Shown here piece after piece: positions 31,876 through 40,597 of a DNA stretch of 64,000 nucleotides. The notes under the pieces are model-generated. The model was not told the DNA's origin, did no database searches, and saw only the letters and a list, made by a program, of their open reading frames with translations. Where the stretch lies: the NCBI GenBank assembly GCA_965140415.1, contig OZ223209.1, positions 1,120,001-1,184,000 on the forward strand. Reading direction: 5' to 3'. This DNA comes from Myxococcota bacterium. GTDB taxonomy: Bacteria > Myxococcota_A > SURF-8. The stretch's first letter is position 1; each line of letters begins with the position of its first letter. The position numbers and the translations under genes were made by a program.

Positions 31876-32500
31876 GACCATCCCTCCATTCCATCTCGAA
31901 AGCGAATTCGTCGTCCTCCGTGTCAGCATCCTCCCACGCGTCATCCGTTTCCGAGATGGTCTGGGCCAGCCCCACGTATTCGAAATCACAGAGTTCGGCC
32001 TGCATCAGAAAGACGCCGTGCTCGTTCGCCAGCAGGAAGGCGGGAGTTTCCATGTGGCTCGGTCGCGGTCGGAAGGGAATCCGAAAGATGGCATCGGCGC
32101 GCAGCTTGCTTTCCAACACGGGATCCAGCGCCTCGGCCTCAAGCGTGTACACCTTTGTCACGACTTGATCGAGAATGTCCTCCTGGCTGGCGACCTCTTC
32201 GGCTGCCTGTGGGCGGTCTATCGTGGCGGGCAGCGTCGGCAACGGTTTTCCTTCCGCATCCACGGCGACCAGATCATCACGATTGATCGCGTCTCCATCA
32301 TCATTAATATAGAGCGCCGCCGTGCAGCCGGCGCTTAAAAGAAAACGCCCATCCCGCGTGAGATGGGCACTGGCGCATTCGTCGCCGTTTTCATCCAGTG
32401 CAATCCGGCGCTTGAAGCCGTTCAGGCGTTTGCGGTCGATGGGGACGAGGACGAAGCGGGAGACGCGCTCCTCATAGTTGATCTCGATGCTTTGGGTCAT
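31862..32500 (-). CDS. Hypothetical protein, possible divergent Ku-like protein A with acidic tail
   Basis: GGAGGAG RBS; DGDAINRDDLV, EDILDQVVTKVYTLE and PAFLLANEHGVFL resemble Ku bridge and barrel segments (by eye). Confidence 0.55.
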   Translation of the reverse strand: MTQSIEINYEERVSRFVLVPIDRKRLNGFKRRIALDENGDECASAHLTRDGRFLLSAGCTAALYINDDGDAINRDDLVAVDAEGKPLPTLPATIDRPQAAEEVASQEDILDQVVTKVYTLEAEALDPVLESKLRADAIFRIPFRPRPSHMETPAFLLANEHGVFLMQAELCDFEYVGLAQTISETDDAWEDADTEDDEFAFEMEWRDGHVVA

Positions 32501-32502
32501 GA

Positions 32503-32727
32503 CTACTCCTCCCCGTCCGATTCCACAGCGTGAGGTTCCACGATCGCGAACACATCCATGCCAGGCACCAGAGAAAGCGAGCGACCGCTATCCCACTTTA
32601 CAATAATCTGGGCGAGCGGCCCCTCGGTGACCTCGATGACCACTCCCTCGGATCCCGGCGGTATCGGATCGGGATCGTCAGGCATTTCGATCAGGCGAAT
32701 CCGATCTCCCTTGCGTACCGTCGTCAT
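32503..32727 (-). CDS. DUF4314-like small SH3-type protein
   Basis: GDRIRLIEMPDDPDPIPPGSEGVV..IIVKWDSGRSLSLVPGMDVF. Confidence 0.8.
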   Translation of the reverse strand: MTTVRKGDRIRLIEMPDDPDPIPPGSEGVVIEVTEGPLAQIIVKWDSGRSLSLVPGMDVFAIVEPHAVESDGEE

Positions 32728-32730
32728 GGC

Positions 32731-33291
32731 TTATTCCTCCACTTTGTCAAAGTGGAAGCTGGCGATGGTTTCGCCTTCCACTGCAGGCTTTTGGTCGTCC
32801 TCGAAGCCGGTCCATGCCTTCTGCTCTTCGGACGCATCGGTTTGCGTGGCCTTTGCCTTTCGGCTCCGTTTGGGCTTGTCGACTTTCTCACTCTTTGCTT
32901 TCCCCTCGACTTTGGTCGGGACAGGCTTGGTTTTCGGCTCCAGGTATTTCTTCTCCGTGGCGGGAAGTGGCAGTCGATCCGACATTCCCTGCTCCTTCCA
33001 CCAGACCAGCGCCGAACGCACAATGCGCCGGATCTGCAGCACGCTGGCCTCGGCGCGGGGTTTCATACCATCCTTACCCGCCTGCATGGTGGCCGCCTCG
33101 CTTTTGAAAAACTTGTCCACATGCAGCGGCAGGATTTTAGCAACATCCTTGTCCTCGCCCATCTCGGTGACGAGCAGATCGAGCGTGCGCTTGGCCGTGC
33201 CGATGGTGGACGGCTTTTTACCGATGCTTTTCAGATGATCCAGATACTTTTCGCAGGCTTCCTTCAGGTTCATGTTCGTTTTCTTCGTCAT
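32731..33291 (-). CDS. Stand-alone tyrosine-recombinase core-binding (SAM-like) domain protein
   Basis: LKEACEKYLDHLKSIGKKPSTI..ASVLQIRRIVRSALVWW..G; no catalytic R-H-R-Y domain; Lys-rich tail. Confidence 0.65.
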   Translation of the reverse strand: MTKKTNMNLKEACEKYLDHLKSIGKKPSTIGTAKRTLDLLVTEMGEDKDVAKILPLHVDKFFKSEAATMQAGKDGMKPRAEASVLQIRRIVRSALVWWKEQGMSDRLPLPATEKKYLEPKTKPVPTKVEGKAKSEKVDKPKRSRKAKATQTDASEEQKAWTGFEDDQKPAVEGETIASFHFDKVEE

Positions 33292-33297
33292 TATGGT

Positions 33298-33489
33298 TCA
33301 GTCCTCCTGTTTGGGGTTGAGTGCGCGCCGCAGCTTGGCGGCGGTCTTGATGCGGACCTCGCGGCCCGTAGTGGTATTGACGCCGGTCCAGCCACCGTTG
33401 AAGTGCTCGTCCTTCAGGCGAACCGGAACCAGCTTGCCGGATACTTTGACCAGATAGGTCTTGCCGAGTGTCACGTCTTTCTTCTTCAT
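33298..33489 (-). CDS. Small basic hypothetical protein (SH3-like)
   Basis: GGAGG RBS; GKTYLVKVSGKLVPVRL..GGWTGVN..TGREVRIKTA. Confidence 0.7.
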   Translation of the reverse strand: MKKKDVTLGKTYLVKVSGKLVPVRLKDEHFNGGWTGVNTTTGREVRIKTAAKLRRALNPKQED

Positions 33490-33498
33490 GCTCGCCTC

Positions 33499-33717
33499 CT
33501 ATTTTTCGTCTGTTTTCAGAATCGCGCGGGCTCTGGCTTCCGCTTTGATGAAACGGCGGTGGGCTTTCTCCTCCACGCGCCGGGCCTTCTCGAATTCCTC
33601 TTTCGCCAGCTCCGTCTCGACACCTGCCAGCGCCAGTTCCCGCTCGGCTTCGCCCACTTCACGCAAGATGGCCTCGCGTTCGCTTTCGTGCTTCCTGTCG
33701 TTTTCCGTGTTCGTCAT
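33499..33717 (-). CDS. Small coiled-coil hypothetical protein
   Basis: AAGGAG RBS; tightly packed in the operon; E/R/A-rich. Confidence 0.65.
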   Translation of the reverse strand: MTNTENDRKHESEREAILREVGEAERELALAGVETELAKEEFEKARRVEEKAHRRFIKAEARARAILKTDEK

Positions 33718-33732
33718 GCTCGATACTCCTTC

Positions 33733-33894
33733 TCAGTCTTCGTTGTCGGGGATGGTGACGAAGCGTCCGATGTTTTCGGCCCAGTGCATGGTGATGCCGT
33801 ACTTGTTGACGTAGGTGTCGCCGTGGATGTCGTGCAGAGCTTGCAGATGCAGGCTGCTCATTTCACCGAGCGCCATGTAGCGGGCAAATGCCAT
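33733..33894 (-). CDS. Small hypothetical protein (53 aa), first ORF of the leftward operon
   Basis: MAFARYMALGEMSSLHLQALHDIHGDTYVNKYGITMHWAENIGRFVTIPDNED; ends just before the next RBS; start uncertain. Confidence 0.45.
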   Translation of the reverse strand: MAFARYMALGEMSSLHLQALHDIHGDTYVNKYGITMHWAENIGRFVTIPDNED

Positions 33895-34018
33895 TTTTTC
33901 AAACGGACGGACCGTGTCGCCGCATGGATGTACAGGGGAAACCGCCGGCGCGCCCGTTTCGAAGATTCCCTGACTATTGAGGGATGAAAGGCTTCTTTAC
34001 TCCGATGGAGACAAGCAA

Positions 34019-34375
34019 ATGAACTCTCCCGTTCGTAAAACAGAAACCAACTTGCCAGAGTTCTCCGAAGCCCGGCAACGGCTGCTCACTCTGTGCTGCG
34101 AGATCCATTTCGGTCGCATCGGAGCATTCGATATCCGGGACGGCGAGCCGGTTTTCGAACCCGCGCCAAACGTCATGCGCGAGATCAAGTTCAATGGGGA
34201 GCATGCAAATCCGGCCAAACGCAACGGTGAGATTACGTTGCGCAACCAGAGCACAGAGCTTTTCGCCTGGTTCGACCGTCTGCGAAACGCGCATGTCCAT
34301 TATCTGGAGGTCAAGCACGGTCTTCCCTTCAAAATGAACGTGCGACACGATCCCGATCAACCCAAACAACGCTAA
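34019..34375 (+). CDS. Hypothetical protein of mobile elements (FGRI..IRDGEP / LEVKHGLPF internal repeat)
   Basis: GGAG RBS; first gene of the rightward arm. Confidence 0.7.
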   Translation: MNSPVRKTETNLPEFSEARQRLLTLCCEIHFGRIGAFDIRDGEPVFEPAPNVMREIKFNGEHANPAKRNGEITLRNQSTELFAWFDRLRNAHVHYLEVKHGLPFKMNVRHDPDQPKQR

Positions 34376-34523
34376 ACCGCCTGTACAGGCTCACCCCTAA
34401 GGAGAAGCCGTTGCCCGAGCACCAAGTCAGAAACATCAAGTATGAACGGATTGAGCACCGTTGTTTGCGTTGCCGCCTTGTGGATGGCGCGCCACGTACG
34501 TCCACTATCCGGTGGGGCTCGCC

Positions 34524-37500
34524 ATGAAGGCTGAGTCCCAGGCCATCCCGAAGCGCTTCGAGGGCATCGTCCGCGCCTTTTTGCAGGTTTTTTTCCGCGG
34601 CCGGGCGGATGTCTTCGCCTATCTCTATAATGGTGGGAACGGAAAAAACTACTATCAGTTTCAGTGCTCGAATCTCTTCGATCCCTCCTTCTGCGGCAAA
34701 TCGCGGAAATTCAATGGGAGAAAAGTCCCCTGTGCCGAATGTAAAAGTCGTGAATTTCGCCCGATAAATCAGAAGGACGTATATCTGCACCTGCGCGGTG
34801 AGAAACCTATCGGCTGCTATCCGCTGGTCCCTCAAGTGGAACAGGACGGAAGCGTAATCAAAAACGCCGCCTTTCTGGCCGCACTCGACATCGACGACCA
34901 TGAAAACGGCCGGCCCATCCCCGGCAAGGATGCCCGGAGGGACATGCTGAAGCTGCATGAAACGCTTCGGCAGGCGGCCATTCCTCATCTAGTGGAGCGC
35001 TCCAAGAGCGCGACCGGCTTCCACATCTGGATCATCCTGGACAAGGCCCTGCGCGCCTCGCTGCTGAGAGCCGTGATCCTGACGGTGGTACGAAAGTCAG
35101 GCATCGTGGACAAGGGCTATCCCACCAGTTTCGACCGCATGTTTCCGGCCCAGGATGAATTGAAGGACGACCAGGATCTGGGCAACCTGATCTTGACGCC
35201 CTTGTGCAACCGCTACATGCCGAAAGGTGGCGCGCTCTTTCTGGACCCGGCCAACCATTTCGAACCTTATCCCATACCTGAGCAGAAAGGGTTGCTCCTG
35301 GACCTGGCCGGACAGTTGGGAAACGGCGGCGGCCCGCTGGTCTGCCCGGTGTCGCGCATCGAGGAGCTGGCAGGGGAATGGAAGATCGATGAAACGAAGC
35401 GGAAGCGTTTGCGGACGAAGAGCGCGCCGATGAAACTTCCGGCCACCGCCTCCGAAAGGGAAACCCTCAAACCTTATGGGGCAGAGACCTGCCTGGTGCA
35501 TTGCGCGTTTCTGCAGCACTGCCGCGATGCCAGCGCCTCCCTTTCCGAGCCGCGCTGGATGGCCATGATCAGCAATCTGTGCCGCTTTGCCGACGGTCCG
35601 GCGCTGATTCACGAGCTGTCCAAAGGCTATCCGGCCTACAGCCCGGCGGAGACGGACGCCAAGATTGCTCATCTTTCAACATCCTCTGGTCCGGTCACCT
35701 GTGAGGTTATTCAGAGCGAGGGCTTTGACGACTGTCCGGAGGGCGGCTGCGGGGTGAAAGCCCCGGCGGTGCTGGCGATCACCTATCGGACCGAACGCAT
35801 CGACCGGCTCGTCGAGCAGTTGACACTGGCGGACGGCGGCGCGCCGTCGGAGGAAACCATTGAGCTGCTGCTGCTCGAACTGAGCGCGCTCGGCAAGGAG
35901 GATCTCCCCAAATACAAGAAGCTGACCCTGGAGAAACTGCCCACCTTGAAGCTCGGCGACCTCGACAAGACGCTGGCCGCCCTGCGCAAGCGGCGCAAGG
36001 ACCAGACGGAGGCGCTGCCGGGCTACCGCATCGAGGACAACGGCTATTTTAAACGGCATGTCGATGAGGAGGGCAACGAGCACTGGACCCGCTTCACCAA
36101 CTTCGTCATCAACCTGGAAACCGACAAGCAGTACCTCGACGAAGTGGAAAGCCATCGCCGCATCGAAGGGCATATCCTGACGGAGGATAATACACGCTGT
36201 CCCTTCCACATCTCCGGCCGGGATTTCAACAACAACCCGCGTTTCGCCGAGGCCATCGGCGAGCAGGGAGGCGTGAGCTGTCGTTTCTGGAACAAGGAGC
36301 TTGGCGATGTCCGCCGGGCAACTCAGGAATTGAGCCGGCCCGTTTCCATTACGGCCTATACGCGCATCGGTTTTCTGATCGATGGTGAGGATCGATTTTT
36401 TACGCCATCCGTTGTCATCTCGTCGGCGGGCATCGCCCAAAACACGGAGACGGTGATCGACCTCTCCGAGGTTGAGCACGCCCGGCATCTGGATTTTTCG
36501 ATTCTGGACGAGGCGACCTTCCAGGCCACCTGCCGCCACATCGTGGACGACCTCCTGGACTTGACCGACCATTTCGTGACCTATCCGCTGGCGGGTCACA
36601 CCTTCATTTCTCCGTTCCTCTCGCGACTGGACACCTCGCCGCTGTCGTCCGGCGAGCGCTGCATCCTGTGGATCACGGGAATCACCGGATCGAGCAAGAG
36701 CTTCGCCGCTCTGCGTTTCGCCAACTTCTTCGGCTCTTTCCACGTCGGTAAGAGCGTGAATTCCTGGACCAGCACGCCCTATCAGATCCAACGGGTCGGG
36801 CATCATCACGCCGACGCCCTGTTTCTGGTCGATGATTTCAAGGCGAAAAACCTCTCCGGCCGCACGGAGCAGGTGACGCAGATCCTCCAGGCCTACGCCG
36901 ACGGACGCGGTCGCGGCCGACTGAACAGCGACGCCTCGGTCAAGGCGACCTATGTCATCCGAGGCAACCTGCTGGTGACCGGCGAGGATCTGCCGGATTA
37001 CGAGTCGTCGAATCTGGCGCGCATGATCGTGGTCCACACCAGCAGCCGGGAGAAGGACACGCGCCGGGGCCGCGCCTGCCTCAAGCATCAGGTGAACTAC
37101 CGGGGCGTGACCCCGGCCTTTTTGCATTTCGTCATCTCCAGGTCCGGCTGGTTCGACGATCTCATCGCCCGCATCGATGCGGCCACCGATCACTTCCACC
37201 GCGACATTGAAGAGGCCTCCAACGGCCTGCGCATCGCCCGTAACTACGCCCTGAACCAGGTCGGTTTCGATCTCTTCGTCGAGTTTTTGTGTGCCACGGG
37301 AACGATCAGCGAGACGAAGCGGGATGCCATGATGGCCGAGCATGGGGAGATTCTTCTCGCCTCGCTGGACGAACATGTTCAGCGGGTAAGCGACGAGCAG
37401 GCGGACAACGTCTTTTTAAGCGTCCTGGCTGATCTGCTGCAAAGCGGGCGGGCGGTGTTGCACGAGCCGGGACACACGGTAGGCGGCGGATTCTCCGAGC

Positions 37501-37811
37501 GGGAAGCGAGACCCGAGGATCTTCGAAACGTCATTGGCTTTCTGAAACCTGGCGACGGACATGCCTATGTCTATCCCAAGCTGGCGGTGGGCGAGGTGCA
37601 GAAATCGCTGCGGGACACGGGCGGCTGGCTCGGCTTTTCGGTGAAAGCCATCGGCAAGCAGCTGGCGGCCGAGGACTACCTGGCTAATTCGGATGAACAG
37701 AGGACGACGACGACGGTTCGTCATATGGGAAAGATCCATCGAATCTGGAAAATCAGCAAACATCATCTGGGTCTCGAAGATCGGGGGGACGACGATGAAA
37801 TCCCATTTTAA
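34524..37811 (+). CDS. Primase-helicase: AEP domain, Cys-rich primase C-terminal domain and DUF927-like P-loop helicase
   Basis: FFRGRADVF, IGCYPL, ALDIDD, ERSKSATGFHIW, DRMFPAQD, GNLILTP; HELSKGY..Y..ETDAK..GPVTC..C..C; GITGSSKS, LFLVDDF, GRGRGRL. Confidence 0.85.
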   Translation: MKAESQAIPKRFEGIVRAFLQVFFRGRADVFAYLYNGGNGKNYYQFQCSNLFDPSFCGKSRKFNGRKVPCAECKSREFRPINQKDVYLHLRGEKPIGCYPLVPQVEQDGSVIKNAAFLAALDIDDHENGRPIPGKDARRDMLKLHETLRQAAIPHLVERSKSATGFHIWIILDKALRASLLRAVILTVVRKSGIVDKGYPTSFDRMFPAQDELKDDQDLGNLILTPLCNRYMPKGGALFLDPANHFEPYPIPEQKGLLLDLAGQLGNGGGPLVCPVSRIEELAGEWKIDETKRKRLRTKSAPMKLPATASERETLKPYGAETCLVHCAFLQHCRDASASLSEPRWMAMISNLCRFADGPALIHELSKGYPAYSPAETDAKIAHLSTSSGPVTCEVIQSEGFDDCPEGGCGVKAPAVLAITYRTERIDRLVEQLTLADGGAPSEETIELLLLELSALGKEDLPKYKKLTLEKLPTLKLGDLDKTLAALRKRRKDQTEALPGYRIEDNGYFKRHVDEEGNEHWTRFTNFVINLETDKQYLDEVESHRRIEGHILTEDNTRCPFHISGRDFNNNPRFAEAIGEQGGVSCRFWNKELGDVRRATQELSRPVSITAYTRIGFLIDGEDRFFTPSVVISSAGIAQNTETVIDLSEVEHARHLDFSILDEATFQATCRHIVDDLLDLTDHFVTYPLAGHTFISPFLSRLDTSPLSSGERCILWITGITGSSKSFAALRFANFFGSFHVGKSVNSWTSTPYQIQRVGHHHADALFLVDDFKAKNLSGRTEQVTQILQAYADGRGRGRLNSDASVKATYVIRGNLLVTGEDLPDYESSNLARMIVVHTSSREKDTRRGRACLKHQVNYRGVTPAFLHFVISRSGWFDDLIARIDAATDHFHRDIEEASNGLRIARNYALNQVGFDLFVEFLCATGTISETKRDAMMAEHGEILLASLDEHVQRVSDEQADNVFLSVLADLLQSGRAVLHEPGHTVGGGFSEREARPEDLRNVIGFLKPGDGHAYVYPKLAVGEVQKSLRDTGGWLGFSVKAIGKQLAAEDYLANSDEQRTTTTVRHMGKIHRIWKISKHHLGLEDRGDDDEIPF

Positions 37812-37830
37812 TGATCATTCCTTAAGCCTT

Positions 37831-37997
37831 TGCATTCGTATTACCGCGCCGTCACCGCTTCCGTCACCGGTTTTTGGAGGATTTATGTCGTTGAAAATAA
37901 TGGATATTATGAGGTTGTTCGAGATTCCGTGTCACCACTCACCGGTTACATGCGGTTACATCGGTGACGTTTGCGGTGACAGCCCATCCTGGATCAG
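37831..37997. repeat. Putative replication origin (GTCACC/GTTAC iteron array with AT-rich core) immediately downstream of the primase gene
   Basis: GTCACC, GGTTAC and GGTGAC units flanking TTGAAAATAATGGATATTAT; homologous to 22672-22997 in inverted orientation. Confidence 0.75.
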
Positions 37998-38087
37998 GGC
38001 GACGGCTCCTCCGCCGCTGGCAAAATCACGGCGCATTCAGGATCACGCCTGGCCCTGCACCCAACTATCCGAAACGAGGAGAAAGCC

Positions 38088-38957
38088 ATGAGCAAAACCG
38101 AAAAAACGTCCCGTTCCCCCGGCATAAACCCCCACGCCCGGCCCTGCGCGGCGACGAGCAAAAAGACGGGCAAGCCCTGCGCCAACCCCGCAGTTGCGGG
38201 AAGCGATTTCTGCCGCATGCACGGCGGCAAGGGGTTGGAAGTTGCGGAAGCGACCTCTGAAACGAACGCCAAAGCGCAGAAAACCGACCAAGCCAACTCA
38301 TCTCACAGACGCGGCGCACGCCCAGGCAACAAAAACGCAGTCACCCACGGGGCCTATGCGTTGACGCTGCTGCCCGAGGAGCAGGCGATCTATGAGCAAA
38401 AACAGGCGCAGTTTCTCGCCGAAATCGGCGCGGCGGACGTTTTTGATCGCCAAGTTATTCACGTGCTGTCCCTCATCGCAGCCAAACTGGATCTGGCGGC
38501 GGCCAAAGGTGCGCCCGCCGAGGCTTTGATTCCGATCTCCAACGAGATCCTTAAACTCTTGCGCTCACTGAAGGAAACGCGCGATTCACGCGACGTGCGA
38601 GAGGAAAACCTGCCCAGAACCGCAGCCGATTTCCTGAACGAATTGATCGAGCGGGATCGCGAGCGAGGCGTGACGGTGAGTGAGGAGGCCTTGCTGACCC
38701 GCGTTTATGAACTGGAACGCGAAATCAACGATTTGCGCACCCGGTTGAACATGGAGCCTCGCCCGGACATCGCCCACCGGATGGACACGTGCTCGCATTG
38801 CCGGCGTGAAACGGAACAGCGCCTTAAGGCGAACAGCCTGTGGGTCTGCCTGCGCTGCGGCTGGGCGATGGAGGAGCGGAAGGCGGACATCGAAACGCAC
38901 ACCGTCGAGGAATCCGCCATTCCCCAAACATCGGTATCTGAGTTGAACGGAGATTGA
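38088..38957 (+). CDS. Terminase small subunit-like protein (HGG motif) with C-terminal Zn ribbon
   Basis: CxA..GKPC..CRMHGG, GARPGNKNAVTHGAY, CxxC..CxxC; ATGA overlap with the terL-like gene. Confidence 0.7.
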   Translation: MSKTEKTSRSPGINPHARPCAATSKKTGKPCANPAVAGSDFCRMHGGKGLEVAEATSETNAKAQKTDQANSSHRRGARPGNKNAVTHGAYALTLLPEEQAIYEQKQAQFLAEIGAADVFDRQVIHVLSLIAAKLDLAAAKGAPAEALIPISNEILKLLRSLKETRDSRDVREENLPRTAADFLNELIERDRERGVTVSEEALLTRVYELEREINDLRTRLNMEPRPDIAHRMDTCSHCRRETEQRLKANSLWVCLRCGWAMEERKADIETHTVEESAIPQTSVSELNGD

Positions 38958-40537
38958 TCATGGAAACCTTGTCGCAAACGCCAAACGCCGATAACGGGAT
39001 GCTTTTCGAAAACGAAGCTCCGATGAGCCGTCTGCCCCACCTGATCCGGCACAGCCCCGCTGCCTGGGGCGCGCTGTTTCTGAAAGATCGGGACAGCGGC
39101 CCGCGCCGCTATCGCTGGTACCAGCGGGAGGACCTGGAGTGCCAGGCAACGCGTGTGATTCACCTCGATGGCCGCGCCGTGGGAAAGACGATCAATCTGA
39201 GCACGTATCTCCTGTGGTTTGCGTCGGTCAATAAAGGGAAGTCCGTGCTGGTCGGCGCGCCGTATCAGGGGCATCTCGATACGATCATCGAGGAGGTGGA
39301 ATTCCAAATCCACCATGTGGAGGCGCTGAAGAACAGCCTCTCCGCCGATTCCAAACAGCCGGGAATCAGGCGCAAGCCGTATTTTCAACTGCGGTTCACC
39401 AACGGCTGCATGGTCTATTTCCGTCCCGCCGGGACGGACGGCGACGCTTTCCGCTCGCTGCACGTTGATCTGATCCTGCTCGATGAAGCCGCCTGGCTGC
39501 CGGAACTCGCCTGGACCACCGTTTTTCAGTACCTTAACCCCGGCGGAACGCTGCGGGTTTATTCGACGCCGAACGGCCTCCGAAACCGCACGTTTTACAA
39601 ACTGACCCAGAGCAAAAACTGGACGCTGTTTCACTGGCCAAGCTGGATCGTCCCCGACTGGAACGACGAGCGTAGAAAAGAATTGCTCGATTTTTACGGC
39701 GGCGAGCACTCATCCGGCTGGCTGCACGAGGCGGCAGGCGAGCACGGCATGCCATCGTATGGCGTGTTCAATCCCGCCCAGGTCATGCAGGCGCTGACCG
39801 ATGGGCTGGATTATCAGCTCGTGCGCCTGGACGGCGATCTGTTTGCCGATTGCGCGGATGAAGCCGAAACGCGTACACGGATGGAGCTGCTGGCCGGTCT
39901 GGACGGCGGCCAGGGGACTTACTGGTTGGGTGTAGATACCGGCTACGCCTCCGATCCAAGCGAACTGCTGCTCTTCGAGGAGGACGAAAACGAAGTACTG
40001 ACGCTCGTGGTGCGCATTCACGCCGAGCATCTGCCGTACCCCCTGCTTAGCGAACTGATCCATCTTTTGGACCAATTGTATTCCCCCGCCGGGATCGGTC
40101 TGGATCGCGGCGGCAACGGCACCGCCGTCGAGCACGAACTCCTGCGCCTGGACAAGTACCGCACGGCAGGTTTTGCCGGAAAGTTAGTCGGCGTCGATTT
40201 CGGCGGCTCGACGATGGTGGGCGAAGACAAAGACGGCCAGCCTGTGAAGAAGCGGACCAAGGAGCACATGACGGCGCTGATCAACCGGGCGCTCAACGCC
40301 CGCAAGCTGCGTCTGCCGAAGGAGGACCGCGAGATCGAGGATCAGCTGTGCACCCATACCTACATCCGCTCCGAGCGCGGCATCGTCTATTCGAAGGGCA
40401 ACGACCACATTATCGACGCCTTGCGCTGTGCGCTGTACGCCCGCGATCGGGAAACCGGGGAAGGGTATGATCCGGTGTTTATCACCCCGGAATGGCCGGG
40501 ATTTTACCCCGTTACCCTGCCCTGGGACCGCAACTGA
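38954..40537 (+). CDS. terL: Terminase large subunit
   Basis: YQ adenine motif, GRAVGKT Walker A, LILLDEAA Walker B, YSTPNG coupling motif, RNase H-like LGVDTG..D and NDHIIDALR. Confidence 0.85.
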   Translation: MIMETLSQTPNADNGMLFENEAPMSRLPHLIRHSPAAWGALFLKDRDSGPRRYRWYQREDLECQATRVIHLDGRAVGKTINLSTYLLWFASVNKGKSVLVGAPYQGHLDTIIEEVEFQIHHVEALKNSLSADSKQPGIRRKPYFQLRFTNGCMVYFRPAGTDGDAFRSLHVDLILLDEAAWLPELAWTTVFQYLNPGGTLRVYSTPNGLRNRTFYKLTQSKNWTLFHWPSWIVPDWNDERRKELLDFYGGEHSSGWLHEAAGEHGMPSYGVFNPAQVMQALTDGLDYQLVRLDGDLFADCADEAETRTRMELLAGLDGGQGTYWLGVDTGYASDPSELLLFEEDENEVLTLVVRIHAEHLPYPLLSELIHLLDQLYSPAGIGLDRGGNGTAVEHELLRLDKYRTAGFAGKLVGVDFGGSTMVGEDKDGQPVKKRTKEHMTALINRALNARKLRLPKEDREIEDQLCTHTYIRSERGIVYSKGNDHIIDALRCALYARDRETGEGYDPVFITPEWPGFYPVTLPWDRN

Positions 40538-40597
40538 AAAATGTATGAACGACTGTCGGCGTTCGACGTCATTCACGTTAACAAAGGAGGAACGACA

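Noticed and set aside
32530-33987. 485-aa plus-strand ORF
   Set aside because: Lies antisense to five minus-strand genes with good RBSs; composition typical of a shadow ORF
35676-37376. 566-aa minus-strand ORF
   Set aside because: Antisense shadow of the GC-rich primase-helicase gene; no recognisable motifs
38088-40537. Intact prophage
   Set aside because: No portal, capsid, tail or lysis genes anywhere in the window
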